Source: Camelus dromedarius (taxonomy: Eukaryota). Taken from it: 64,000 bases of DNA. Below are positions 26,916 to 40,188 of the stretch, in pieces; within the stretch, counting starts at the first letter, position 1, and each line of letters starts with the position of its first letter. The stretch lies in contig NC_087436.1 in the NCBI RefSeq assembly GCF_036321535.1, forward strand, positions 116,252,001 through 116,316,000, in the 5' to 3' direction. The translations under genes were made by a program, and so were the position numbers. Below the pieces are notes generated by a model that was not told where the DNA came from, searched no databases, and saw nothing but the letters and a program-made list of their open reading frames with translations.

Positions 26916-28729
26916 TTTCTCATCCTTGCTGTCAGCCTACAACTTGATAAAATGGGCTAATTCCAGGTTTATTAGAGTCAAGGTGCATTTAGGTCTCCCA
27001 TGAAAGACAAGTAAAAAGCTCAGTGTGGCAAGGTGCTTTTAAAGGCCACCCGTTGCTAATTGCAGGTGAGGGGAAATCTGATCAGGGAAATTCTGACAGG
27101 AGACGAGGAGCAGGAGAAAGAAGCTGGCCATTTCCCACCTTGCAGCCACAAGAGTTCTAAAAGCCAAATCATGCACACCTGTCACCCAAAGCCATTCTCA
27201 AACTCAGAGAGATGATTTTCTCTGCAGGAGCAGAAGTCCTTGGGACTTCTCTGCACAGAGTAAAATGGCTTGTGCCTGAAGGAGCACCCTTTGCTTCAAG
27301 TGTGTTGGTTTCATAAAGAAATGGAAGAACCTGTATGCACACACTTGGAGTCTGAGCCAAGCAAACAAACATAGGGAGGGAAGGGAGAAAAGACACCCCA
27401 TTATAAGCAGCTACAATGTTTCTGAGCTTCTGTCATTTCCCTGAAACCTCCCAACAACCTCACAAGTTGAGCTGTGTTATTCTCTTCCAGTCGAGGACCT
27501 GAGATTAGAGAATTTAAATAATTGACCGAGTCGACACAACAAGAAGGCAAAATCAACTCCATTCAATCTGACCCCAAAGCCCACACTTGTGTTGTAACAT
27601 CTGCTGTTTTCCACTGAGATGTGGCGAAGGCAACCTCGCTTTCTCTTCTTACATAGACCTTGTGGCCTGTGTGCAAACGTTAATGATTGCTCAACTCAGG
27701 TTTACAAACCAGCTTTCACTTCCAGGCGGGGCCTTAGGGTTTACTGTTTGATTCAGGATGCACTGTGTTAAGGACCCCAGACTGTGAGAGAACAATAAGC
27801 AAAGATTAAAAGGTTGGGTGGGGATTCCAGGTAGAAGACAGAAAAGTAATTCAGAAAAGGACATCAAATGTGTGAGTGGGTGTATTTCACAGGATTTCTA
27901 TCTCATCCATCTTTGCTTCCTGTTTGCAGATGTTGGACGTCTGAAAAAGTGTCCCATCAGATAAGCAACTGAATGGGATAACCTCAGAATTTCGCCCAAG
28001 ATAGTCCACAAAGAGATCAGAACTCTTCTAGGAAACACCTGGAGATTATTTCCTGGCAGAGAAAGTTCCTTGCCAGCCGTTTCACTAATGCTGGACACAC
28101 CTCCCTGTCTTTGGGGGCCCTGCTCACACCAGACCTCAGGCTAAGTGATTTATTATCTCAAGGAAGTTGATCAACCAGAGAACTTTATTTTCACAGCAGC
28201 AGAATGATAATATTTATATTTGTTGAAGACCAAGGGACTGACTGCCTGGCACTTGTCCATCCCTTCTCTGAGGAAGCAGGTTCAGCACTAGCTGCAGGCA
28301 CAAAGGTCACCTTGGACAAGTTCCTTTATCCCAAAACAGTGCAGTGTTTTAGACAAAGGGACTTTTATTCACAATGTGTACCTCTTATTTGTCCTGGAAC
28401 TTGCCTTTCTTCATTAAGAGTCCTTCAGTCTCCCTCTCACATGAGCCTTTCCTCAAAGGACTCTTAAGTGGGAGAGTCTACTGTCTTGACACTTTGGGCA
28501 CTTGGTTCCCATTTGTTTGATGCATGATTGATTATCATCTTTGGTCTCCATAAGGGCAGGAGCTGGTTCCACCAGTGACACACCACATCCCAGTGCCTAA
28601 TCAGAAGCCAAGAACGGTACCAGTGCTTAAAAATACCTATAAGTGAATGCATTCCAGCATTAATATATTTTCAGTGGATGGATTTCTGCCCAGTCTTTTC
28701 TATTAAAAAAGCAGAATAGAGGCTATAAA

Positions 28730-28930
28730 ATATATTGAACACCCATGATGTGCTGAACACTATGCTAAGGACTTAACATACATTATTTCATGGGGACTAG
28801 TGTAATTATTTTCACATGAAGAAAGATCATCTCAATGTATTCCAGTAACTTTTCCAAGGTCACACACCTAGCAAATGACAGAGCCAGGATTCAAATCCAT
28901 GTGTACCTGATTCTGAGAGTCAAGTGTTGT
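28730..28930 (-). mobile_element. MIR SINE
   Basis: 'agtaacttttccaaggtcacacacctagcaaatgacagagccaggattcaaatcc'. Confidence 0.85.
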
Positions 28931-29629
28931 TTCTGCTCAGTTTTTTTTTTTCCATTGTATCTATTCACATTCCTAAAATTTTTGAAGCCCTCAAAGTAGA
29001 AAAATATGTCTGGACAATGTAGAAAAAGGAACAGATAACCCAGTTTATATGAATATAGAGGCACAAAAATGTGTTTATTGGTGTAATTGAATGGAAAGCA
29101 TTCAGAAATGCAGAGGCTATACGTTCCAGCTCACAAAGGTTTGCAGTTGCTAGAAATTCGGATAAGACAATATAAGGTTGTCCTTAAGGTTACCTAGACT
29201 ATCACTTCAAGAAAAAACAGATCACCACTCAACCCTGCTGGGAGTAGACATGGCCTTTCAATCCATAGCATAACATTCATATCATAGTCTCAGCCAATTT
29301 TTTTCTCTGTAGTGGGGAAAGGAGACATTCATCCATTCATTCAGTGTCCCTCAGACACTTACCAGGTGCAAGACTTTGTACTACATTCTAGAGATGCAGA
29401 GATACTAAGCCATGGTCCCTCCCTCTGAGACTTTCATAGGACACTAGTAGTGAGACAATAAATAATCAGAAGTTAAGCATTTGTAGTTATACCATCTGTA
29501 AGTGACAAGGCACCCTTGGAAATGCACAGTGCTAGACTGGGCAGAAATTAGATATCCCCAAAGTGAGGGGCAAGGTTAGATTTCTGGACCAAATTAAGCT
29601 AATGAACATGATAAACAAGAAAAAGGTAA

Positions 29630-30185
29630 TCACATAAATTCCCATCAATGGATGAATAGATAAATAACATGCAGTATATATATACAGTATTATTCAGGCA
29701 CAAAAAGGAATGAAACCTTGTCACTTGTGACAACACAGATTGACCCTGAGGGCATTATGCTAAGTGAAATATCAGGGAAACTGATAAATACCATATGTGG
29801 AGTCTAAAAGAAACAAACAAATAAACAAAAGCTGAACTCATGGATATAGACAACAGATTGGTGGTTGCCCAAGCTGAGGATGAGGTGAGGAGTGGGTGAG
29901 AGGGGTGAAGAGGAGCAAACTGTTCAGTCATAAAATGAAGTCTTGGGGAATGCCCAGCATGGTGACTATAGTTAGTAGCACCAGATTGCATTCTTAAAAG
30001 TAGCTAGGAGAGTAGCTCTTGAAAGTTTTCATTACGAGAAAAAAGAATTTGTAACTATACAGGTGATGGATGTTAACTGAAATAATTGTGGTGATGATTT
30101 TGAAATATATACAAATATCAAATCATTAAATTGTCCATTTGATACTAATATAATGTTATTTCAATTATACCTCAATTTAAAAAAA
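29630..30185 (+). mobile_element. L1MA-type 3' end
   Basis: 'cccatcaatggatgaatagataaa...gagggcattatgctaagtgaaat...tcaattatacctcaatttaaaaaaa'. Confidence 0.85.
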
Positions 30186-30396
30186 TGTATGATTCACTAT
30201 TTTCCTAGGATACAAGGGGATGTTTTAGAAACTATGTGGCCCCTTAACACCCCTGGGCCCCCTAGTTCTTAGCCTGCCTCACACAACAGTTGGAGATAAT
30301 TCACTCTGTTCATGGGAATGAGAGCCAGGACTCAAGAGTAATGGGATGCCTACCTTTTACAGATGTACTGTGAGCATGAAGCTATCAGTAGAGATG

Positions 30397-33092
30397 GGAG
30401 TATTCCCTCCTTTTCAATATTCTGGAAGAGTTTGAGAAGGACTAGTATGAGTTCTTCTTAGTACTCCCAAACTCATTCGATGAAGCCATCATCACCCTGA
30501 TACCAAAACCAGGCAAAGAGACTACCAAAAAAGAAAATTATAGGCCAATATCACTGATGAACATAGATGCAAAAATCCTCACCAAAATATTAGCAAATAG
30601 AATCCAACAACACCTAACAAATGTTATACATCATGACCAAGTGTTGTTCATCCTAGGGACACAAGGGTGGTTCAACAAACGCAAATCAATCAATGTAATA
30701 CATCTCATCAACAAGAGAAAGGACAAAAGCCACATCATCATCTCAATAGATGCAGAAAAAGCAATTGATAAAATTCAACACCCATTTATGATAAAAACTC
30801 TCACCAAAGTGGGTATAGAGGGAACATATCTCAACATCATAAAAGCTACATATGACAAACCTACAACCAGCATAGTACTTAGCGGTGAAAAACTCAAAAG
30901 CTTCCGACTAAAATCTGGGACAAGACAAGGATGCCCACTATCACCACTCCTATTCAACATAGTCTTGGAAGTCCTAGCCACAGCAATCAGGCAAGAGAGA
31001 GAAATCAAAGGGATCCAAATTGGAAAAGAAGAGGTAAAAGTGTCACTATATGCCAACGACATGTTACTATATACAGAAAACCCTAAAAGGTCCACACAAA
31101 AACTACTAGAGCTGATCAAAGAATTCAGCAAGGTAGCAGGTTACATGATTAACGTTCAAAAATCAGTTGCATTTCTTTACACTAACAATGAATTAACAGA
31201 AAAAGAAAGTAAAGAAACAATCCCCTTTAAAATAGCACCCAAAGTAATAAAATATCTAGGAATAAATCTAACCAAGGAGGTGAAAGAATTATACACAGAA
31301 ACCTATAAACCATTGATGAAGGAAATTAAAGAAGACTTTAAAAAATGGAAAGATATTCCATGCTCTTGGATTGGAAGAATCAATATTGTTAAAATGGTCA
31401 CACTGCCCAAGGCAATCTACAGATTTAATGCAATCCCTATCAAATTAACCAGGGCATATTTCACAGAACTAGAACAAATCATAATAAAATTTATATGGAA
31501 CCACAAAAGACCTAGAATTGCCAAAGCATTACTGAAGAGAAAGAAAGAGGCTAGAGGAATAACTCTCCCAGACTTCAGACAATACTACAGAGCTATAGTC
31601 ATCAAGACAGCATGGTATTGGTACAAAAACAGATATATAGACCAAAAGAACAGAATAGAGAGCCCAGAAATGAACCCACAAACTTTTGGTCAACTAATCT
31701 TCAACAAAGGAGGCAAGAATATACAATGGAATAAAGATAGTCTCTTCAGCAAATAGTGTTGGGAAAACTGGACAGCAGCATGTAAATCAATGAAGCTAGA
31801 ACACTCCCTTACACCATACACAAAAAGAAACTCAAAATGGATCAAAGACTTAAACAGAAGACAAGATACAATAAACCTCCTAAAAAAATATATAGGCAAA
31901 ACATTATCTCACATACATCTCAAAAATGTTCTCCTAGAATAGTCTTCCCAAGCAATAGAAATAAAAGCAAGAATAAACAAATGGGACCTAATGAAACTTA
32001 CAAGCTTCTGCACAGCAAAGGAAACCATAAGTAAAACAAAAAGACAACCTACAGAATGGGAGAAAATTTTTGCAAATGAAACTGACAAAGGCTTGATCTC
32101 CAGAATATGTAAGCAGCTCATACGACTTAATAAGAAAAAAAAAAAAAAACCCAATCCAAAAATGGGCAGAAGACCTAAACAAGCAATTCTCCAAGGAAGA
32201 CATACAAATGATCAATAGGTACATGAAAAAATGCTCAATATCACTAATTATCAGAGAAATGCAAATCAAAACTACAATGAGGTGTCACCTCACACCAGTC
32301 AGAATGGCCATCATTCAAAAATCCACAAATAACAAATGCTGAAGAGGCTGTGGAGAAAAGGGAACCCTCCTACACTGCTGGTGGGAATGCAGTTTGGTGC
32401 AGCCACTATGGAAAACAGTGTGGAGATTCCTCTAAAGACTAGGAATAGACTTACTGTATGACCCAGGAATCCCACTACTGGGCTTATATCCAGAAGGAAC
32501 CCTACTTCAAAAAGACACCTGCACCTCAATGTTCACAGCAGCATTATTTACAATAGCTAAAACATGGAAACAGCCTAAATGTCCATCAACAGATGACTGG
32601 ATAAGGAAGAAGTGGTATATTTATACAATGGAATACTATTCAGCCATAAAAACCGACAACATAACGCCATTTGCAACAACATGGATGTTCCTGGAGAATG
32701 TTATTCTAAGTGAAGTAAGCCAGAAAGAGAAAGAAAAATACCATACGAAATTGCTCATATGTGGAATCTAAAAACAAAAACAAAATCAAAAACAAAAAAC
32801 ATAAATACAAATCAGAAACAGACTCATAGACATAGAATACAAACTTGCAGTTGCCAAGGGGGTGCGGGTGGGAAAGGACAGATTGGAATTTCAAAATGTA
32901 GAATAGATAATCAGGATTATACTGTATAGCACAGGGAAATATATACAAGATCTTATGGTATCTCACAGAGAAAAAAACGTGACAATGAATATATATATGC
33001 TCATGTATAACTGAAAAATTGTGCTCTACACTGGAATTTGACACAACATTGTAAAATGATTATAACTCAATAAAAATGTTAAAAAAAAAAAA
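30397..33092 (+). mobile_element. Young 5'-truncated, 5'-inverted LINE-1 (camelid-type) with poly(A) and 18-bp TSD
   Basis: TSD 'aagctatcagtagagatg' at 30379-30396 and 33093-33110; ORF2 RT and C-terminus; 3' UTR with AATAAA and A-tail; inverted ORF2 piece at 30397-30459. Confidence 0.97.
30464..32771 (+). pseudogene. L1 ORF2 remnant (RT domain to C-terminal Cys-rich region); longest open stretch 30557-31756, 399 aa
   Basis: [29 protein letters not shown] and [13 protein letters not shown] motifs; catalytic YADD reads YAND; premature stops and frameshifts downstream. Confidence 0.95.
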
Positions 33093-33779
33093 AAGCTATC
33101 AGTAGAGATGAATGGAAAAATCCTGACAAAATGGTGGCCGAGTGGAAGTGTAGGTTGTAAGCATATGAGACAGTAGGCTGGGATCAAGGTGTACACATAA
33201 AGCATCCCAGCCAGGAACCTGAGAGAACACCCCACCCAGAGATAAGGCTGGCTTTGCAGTCACTTCTCACACTAGCCATGAAACTTGACGATTTACATAG
33301 ATGAAAAATCATGGTGTTCCTAACCACTGTGGTCTGAAGAGCAGGTAAATCTGGCCTTTTCTTTCCAGCTTTTGAAGGCAAATACGCTCATGAGTTTGTT
33401 TGGGACAAGACATTTTTAAAGCAGATTAAGGTCTTGCAGTCTGGTCATTGCTTATCAGAGAGGCAGGTGGGCTGGCTGTGTTTGGAGGACTAGTGTGGCA
33501 TTCTCTAATCTGCCTCCAGCCAGTGATTTTCAAGGGAAAACTGTGTCCAAGACACCATACACTTTGCTTAAACCAGCCACTGACCATTGCTATGGAAATT
33601 CTGGTAGTTTCCCAGGACTTGAAGGCTGACCAGCTTGCCAGTGCATGCTGCAAATGGCTTCAGTCTTGTAAAAGCTTTTGGAAAGTGTGGGACTCTCCTC
33701 ACAGCAATGATGCCAGACAGAATCTTCCATTTTGAGATCTCATCAGAAGAAATGCTCAAGGAATACAGCATTTGAGATC

Positions 33780-33940
33780 TACAGCACAACCTTGGGAAAA
33801 GAATGTTAGTTTCCCTGAGCCTCAGTTTCCCTGTTGTTAAAATTGAAGCAATTATAAAACCCACCTCAAAGTGCTGTTATAAAGGTTAAAAAGGAACACC
33901 ATGCCTGCAAGTGTCCACACTGAGTAGATGTAAGATGCAA
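33780..33940 (+). mobile_element. MIR SINE
   Basis: 'ccctgagcctcagtttccctgttgttaaaattg'. Confidence 0.75.
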
Positions 33941-34606
33941 GTTCCCCTTGGACCTTTATTTCCCCTCACTTTCTATTTCCAAAATGTACACATTTATAAG
34001 GTCTATTATAATGAGATTCTAGGATATGACGCTCAGCTCATTAACGTATATTCATTCTTCATGATCCCACTCAAAAGTTACATCATTTCAGCAATTCTTT
34101 CCCATCTTCCCCCTGGGAAGTGAATTTCTGCCTCTTCTATGCTTTGATTGTACTTGATATATCTTTGTTACAACACTTGTCTTGCTCTTTGATAATCACT
34201 CATTTATATGCTCATTTATTGAACAAAGATTTATTCTGCATCTCTTCTATCCCAGGGCCTGGGACTGTGCTAGGTGACAGGGATACTGTACAAACAGGAT
34301 GTGCTGGCTGCTACCCTCACGGGGCTGACCTCTGCTTCTCTCTCTGGACTTGACCAGGAAACAGATATTTGTACTGGGATCACACGACACAGCATCTGAG
34401 TTGAATTCCTTCTGAAGACTCAGAGGAGAGATAGTGTGTTTTACTATTCCAGAGCCTCAGGAAGTATGGTTGAAAATCAAGTCCTGTATCTGTTCCCCTT
34501 TCCCTCCTACCTGTGAATGTTCCAGAGCCGCCTCCTCCATGGGGTGTGGATTCAGAGGCAGAAGAGTAGAATGTGGGTATAAGGTATCATGGGACATGGA
34601 GGGCTG

Positions 34607-35177
34607 TGCAGGAGAGGAAGGACTTTCCTTCCACTCTCCTAGGTTTGATTGCTGAGTCTATGAAATAAATTGATGACAGGCAGATTATCAGGAGAAAAGG
34701 TATACAAATGTATTCATTTTAAATATACATGGATGAGAGCATCACAGAAAAAAAGTGAATACCCAAAATATGATGAGATTTGAGAGCTTATATACCAGCT
34801 TAATAAGAGGAGGAGAGAGGGCTCATAGGACACTTAGGGGAGATAATGTAATTTTCAGGGAAGATGAATGGGTCCTTGGAAAAATAGTTGGGAGGTGTGA
34901 TAGTTTGTGAAAAGTTTGTCTGGCTGTGGTGTCAAATCCTAGTCTCCTTTCCTGTGATAAGTCCATCTTCTCTGGTTGATAAAACTTCCAGGGAAGGGAC
35001 TTAGGACAATTTAGTTCCTTTTGAAGGATCTGTCTTTAGGCAGATAAGGGGAGTTCAGAGAAAACTTCCCCTGCGTTTGCTGTTTTACAAGTGAATTCAG
35101 CCCAAAATAATCAATACACCAAAGTGGCATATTTTGGGGTGGCATATTTTGGGGTGGCATGTCTTAAAATGCCTTCA
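34607..35177 (-). mobile_element. ERV1 (MER34/MER4-group-like) solo LTR
   Basis: TG...CA termini; end 'caaagtggcatattttggggtggcat...ccttca' typical of the group; contains a 15-bp tandem duplication at 35124-35153. Confidence 0.75.
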
Positions 35178-36264
35178 GGTGCAGAGAAATGTGCCTTCCA
35201 TTCCCCTAAGCTCAGTAGAGTTGGGGCAGGAGCAGGTGGGCCTCCTGGTGAGGGGGTGATGCTTCCATGCAGCCCAGAAGGACCAGTGAGGACTCACATG
35301 GGAGACGGGATGTGGGAGGGATATGGGGGTGTGATGAAGAGCTAGCTCTTCATGCAAAGGCACAGAGAGCTGCAAACAGATCTTCCTCCAGCTTCTGCTA
35401 TGCTGGCCTCTCCTGGTTCCATCTAACTCCCTGATCAGCACTTTGTCTTCTTTTGCTTCTTCTTTCCTTTACCAGCTTGTCCATGGTCCTGTCTTTGAGT
35501 CATCTGATCTGCCCTCTCTGATTGCACCAGAGCTGCTGGCTCCCCCAGCTGTGTCTCTGGCATCAACCTCTCCTCAATAGGCAGCCATCAATTTCAGGTT
35601 TTGGGCATCTAAAGCAAGATTCTATGATCCCTTAAGATACATCAATTGCACAATGCATCTTTCCTCCTGCTCAGTAACTTTTAATTTTCTGTTTTGTTTA
35701 TGGAGCTGCCATTGTATCAGTCACGCTGACATGCAGCTGCGACTGCACTGTGCCCGGCCTGCTGCTTGCTACCCTCCGCCCACAAGCTGTGTCTATGCTC
35801 CCAAACAGTCAGCAAATCTCATGTCCTCTACCATGCCATCTGTATCTTACATTAATGCCCACCATAGCAGCCTGGTATAAATCTCTCACTATTCAGGGTC
35901 ACTGTCAGAATGCTGCAGTCACCTCTGAATGCATCCTCCTATGTCTGGCCTCTAGCATGCCCAATTCATTATCAAGGAACTTCCCTGTTAACCTGCAGTG
36001 TCTTCCCAATGCCTGCTCATGGTGGCCTTGCAAGCCCTCCACAGGCTGCCTTTCATTCTCCTCTCTTTCTCCTCTTTTGTAAATGTCATATTCCAGTGTC
36101 TTGAAATAGAGGAAGACCCTAAAAGAGAAGCTTGGTGCAGTGGATTCATTATACACTGGGAGGAAAGGACCTTTATTTTAGCATTGGCTCTGCCAGTAAG
36201 TGTGACGTGATCAATGGGCAAGTTCCTTCAACTCGCTGAGCTATGATATTTTTTCCTCTAAAGC

Positions 36265-36473
36265 CCAGGTCATCAACGTATGACTCATGGGCAAAAGCCA
36301 ATGTGTAGTTTCATAGAGAGCTTTATTGGAACATAACCATGTCCATTCACTTATATGTTTTCTATGGCCTTTTGTGTACTACAACAGTTGTCATTGTGAC
36401 AGAAACTGTCTGTTCCACAAAGCTTCAAATATTTACTTTCTAAACCTTTACAGAAAAATCTTCCCAAATCTTG
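36265..36473. mobile_element. MER58A-like hAT-Charlie MITE
   Basis: 'agctttattggaacataaccatgtccattcacttatatgttttctatggc...ccacaaagcttcaaatatttact...cctttacagaaaaa'; flanks 'ctctaaag' and 'atctatgg' resemble the Charlie NTCTAGAN target. Confidence 0.85.
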
Positions 36474-37289
36474 ATCTATGGAATGATCTCTGAAGTTTGT
36501 AGGTGCTAACAGTTTGTGAATATAATTAATTAATTAATTAAGAAAATTAAGCTGTTTAGTCCTTTGTGTATTGTCATTTATATGTTAAGGGAGTTCAGAC
36601 AGATCACTTCATCTCTTTGAATTTAAATTCCCCTATTTTTTAAATGATGCGAGCACCTACCTCTTAGGGTTGTTGTGAGAATTAAAGGCGAATATACTTG
36701 CAGAACCATCAAGCCTCATGCCTGGCACGTGACGGGTGGTCAATACATGTTAATTTTCCTTCCCTGAATCTACTCAGTCATTTTATCAAAATCTCTAAGT
36801 AGAGAAGAGACAAAATGTCTTTCTTATTTAACAGGTCTTTAGATGAACTCCCACCACTTCCACATCAATATTCCAGGCAAAACTTGGCTTTGACTTCTTC
36901 ATAAATACATTTAATACCTTCACATTTGTCCTCCCCTCCTCTGCCATTACTCTGTCTTGCCATGCATGAAGAAGGTAAACATGATCTGCTTGCATAATTA
37001 AAGGATTTGTGAAGGGTCAGGTCACCTGGGGCAGGTGCTGCCCTGGGAGTACGTAGGATGATAATTATCTAGAGATGCATCAATAGGACTAGAGACATTG
37101 TAAAAGGAAACTAGCAGCTTGGTATCTGATCATTGTTGTTGCATCCTATGCAATCCTGGAGTGAGAATCTTCCCATTACATTTTAGGAGTCAGTGTTGCA
37201 TTTAAGACAGAAGAAGCATCTCAGGAAGACATCAAGCATTTTTGAAAATGTGCTGCTCAGGTCACTTGCTTTGGGGAGAAATAATTGAA

Positions 37290-39015
37290 TGACAACCCCA
37301 GCAGGTGCACCTCTGACCCACTACCATGTATGTTCTGAGGCCATGATTCACTCAGGTTGCTCACAGCCAATGACTGGACAGTGGGGACACTTGGCCTGGG
37401 GAGGAGATCCCACTTGCAATGTAATGTTTCTGGCATTGGCAATGTATGAGGTGCCCGATGCTTATAAGGACAGTGGAGTTGGCTGGTTATGCCTAAGTTG
37501 TATTTATGCCCTAGAGGAGAATAATGAAAAACTATTAACGAGCAGAGGCTAAGTGTAGAGCCAGAGGAGCACTTTGGTGTCTAATAAAGAAGCTCTTACT
37601 TCATGCATTGGAAGAGCAGACAGATCTTGACAAGAAGATTCGGGACCTGATCGTTGCAGAGAAACATAACTAAATTTTCAGCCAAAGCAAGTCTGTTATG
37701 CTAAAGTCTGGGCCCTGGATGCAAGAATATTGACCTCTGAAATATGGAATAAGGACACCTAAATGGATCCCCAAGGATTCTGGCTCTGCAGAAGCCCCTG
37801 AAACCTCACAGCTTAGGAGTGTCCTGCTAGTTCCTACTAAGAGCTAACACTTCTATTGGATTAGAAGATGCTGCAGAAACTTGTTCCCCACAAGACAGGT
37901 CCCTTACCACCTTGGCAGATGCCCTCAACTCCTTCCTCAGCTGCCAGATCAATAACCAGGGTTAAATCCTAGCATAAATCAACCAGAGGCCTGCTCAGTC
38001 TGATACAGGAGGAAGAAGATTACATGTCAAAGGAGATACACAAATTAGTCAGCCAAATGGGTACGGTACTGCTGCTGTTGGATTTGGGGCATGCTTCATC
38101 AAGGGCCAGCACATAAGACTGGATAGGTAAGAAGCTTCTAAATTGTGGCCACTTTTTCAGGACATAGGAGTTAACATTTTGGCAAGGGTCCCAGAGAAAT
38201 AAGGCAAATTGACTCCTAAACTGGCCTCAGTTGAGCAAAGTAGAAATGCTTGAGTTGCCCTGGCATCTGGTAGGAGAAGAAATCAAGGGTCTAGAGTAGT
38301 AAGCATGTGGAATCAACATAATATTTAGGCTACAAGACCCACCAAATGATTATATTCCACAGAGGGGATTACAGGACACACCAAAACCATCAGAGACACA
38401 CTGCTGAGAGCTTCACCAAAATATTCAGTGGTGGCTTTTCCTCCATTGGCCAGGATGAGAGATAGGAGAGGTGATCCCAGAACTGAGATTGTCAATAGTA
38501 TGGGGATGACAAGTCTTGGAGCAAGAGAAGCAGGCAGTAGCCTTTACCAGCCAGAAGCAAGGAGGATGCAATTACTACTACAACTGTCAAGGCCAAAAAG
38601 GCAACCAAGAGGACTTGATCTACATACAGTCCTGGAGACAGGTAACAGTACATGGCGTCCCTGGGGAAAAAGAGATGGGCAGTCAGTCAGCAAGGATGCT
38701 ATTAATTCATAACAAGTAACAACAGCAACAAAAAAGCAAGAATGGTGGAGCAGGAGATGGAGGCTTCAACAATAAGTCATGATCCTTTGCTCAGCTGTAG
38801 TCTCTGAGCCCAATATTAGGTCCAGAAGCCATGAAATAAAGGGGTAGCTGAGTCCCTAGGGGGAGGACTCTACAATGCTGCTGCAAGTCTGTCCTGTAAT
38901 ACTGTCCCCAGTCCTCCCCCAAAGGGACCTAGAGCTGTTTATAGGGAGAGTGTGCACTGGAGAAAGGGAAACAGCCAGACATTGCAAGGACTATTGGGCA
39001 TGATTCTGAACTGTC
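37290..39015 (+). mobile_element. ERVL internal remnant (gag-pro; ERV3-16/HERV16-like)
   Basis: 'ggacagtggagttggctggtt' gag-like segment; 38957-39013 translates WRKGNSQTLQGLLG then frameshifted ..SEL, matching the ERVL protease motif WGKGNxQTFxGLLDTGSEL. Confidence 0.75.
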
Positions 39016-39068
39016 CCCTGCTAGGGTAGGGTCTTATATGGAGAAGTGGACCAGCATGGCACCAAGGA

Positions 39069-40188
39069 TGTACTTTGGTGGCCATGGAACTCCACTGCTC
39101 AGATCTTTCTCCAGGAGCAGCAGCTGCAGGGAGTGTATTTGACTGACAGGATACCCAGCTGCAGCCATGGTGAATGCTGAGACCACACTTCCCTCAGGCT
39201 GGCCCCATCCAATTGTTGCCGATAGATGCAACTGGTGTTCCAAGTTCTCGTCCCGTCCCAGAAAGAAATCAAAGATAAAACGTAGTGGTTAAGAAAGGTA
39301 AAGTGAGGATTTATTTAAGGATGGATGGTACACTCTCAGGGGGAGAGCGGGCAGGCTCAGGTGAGCAGCTGCCCTGAGTTTCTTTGGCAAGTTAGCTACA
39401 TAGGGTGTAAAAATTAATGGGCAGAATATTCACTGGGGAGGGAAGGGTTTGGGGTCGTATTTCCTGATTATCATCCCAACTCCACCTTCCCAAAGGGAGG
39501 AGGGAGTTTTGTCTTTATTTAGTCTGGATCGGAAGTGTCATGGCATTGGTGCATGATGGGTACGTCTGATCTGCAAGGCTAATTTTATTGAAATGAGGGC
39601 ATAATGAGCAAAAGGTTACATTCGGACACTGGAAATCCCTGCCTTTTCTCACCTTTGTTTGTTCTTCTCCAGGCCACTTGTCACCCCAAAAACCATGATC
39701 CCTTATTAGCCCAAAGGTTCCTGTTTTTCCTTGTCTGCCCAGGGACCCCTGCTGCTTACATGATGTGCGGTTTCCTGCATTTGGCTTGTGCCCCTCCTTT
39801 CTGCCCAATTCCTCTCATTTGGTCTGTGTCCCCCTTTCTCTGCTCATATCTAGCTATCTGCCTGCTCTAACACAATGACTGAACCTGATAGGGACACTGG
39901 TTCTGCCCCATTTCTCTTGATGTAGGACACTTCTCATGGGTGCCATCAGCTCAGGAACTCCCATCAGTCTAGAGGCCTGTCTCAGATCCCTGTCCTGGGT
40001 CTGAGGCTCTTCCTACTCAATCTTTCCTTCTCGTCTCCTTTCACAGGTATATGAACATCATTGTGATCTGCCTGCTCTCCCCACCTACTCTGATGTCTCA
40101 CCTTTCTCATTCACAATTTCCCCAGTAAATCCCTTGCACATGCAGTTTTCGTCTTGGCATCTGCCTCTCCATGGATTCAAACAACCAC
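39069..40188 (+). mobile_element. LTR16-like ERVL LTR, interrupted by a younger LTR at 39214-39872
   Basis: 'gctggccccatccaat[insert]gactga' and 3' end 'cccagtaaatcccttgcacatgcag...tcgtcttggcatctgcctctcc'. Confidence 0.8.
39214..39872 (-). mobile_element. Young ERV1-class solo LTR, 659 bp, with 4-bp TSD
   Basis: 'tgttg...ctaaca' termini; perfect TSD 'caat' at 39210-39213 and 39873-39876; minus-strand AATAAA near 39311; several CpGs retained. Confidence 0.92.

Noticed and set aside
30557..31756. 399-aa reverse transcriptase ORF as a host gene or novel RT system
   Set aside because: It is standard L1 ORF2 inside a TSD-flanked truncated insertion, with a mutated catalytic motif and no endonuclease domain.
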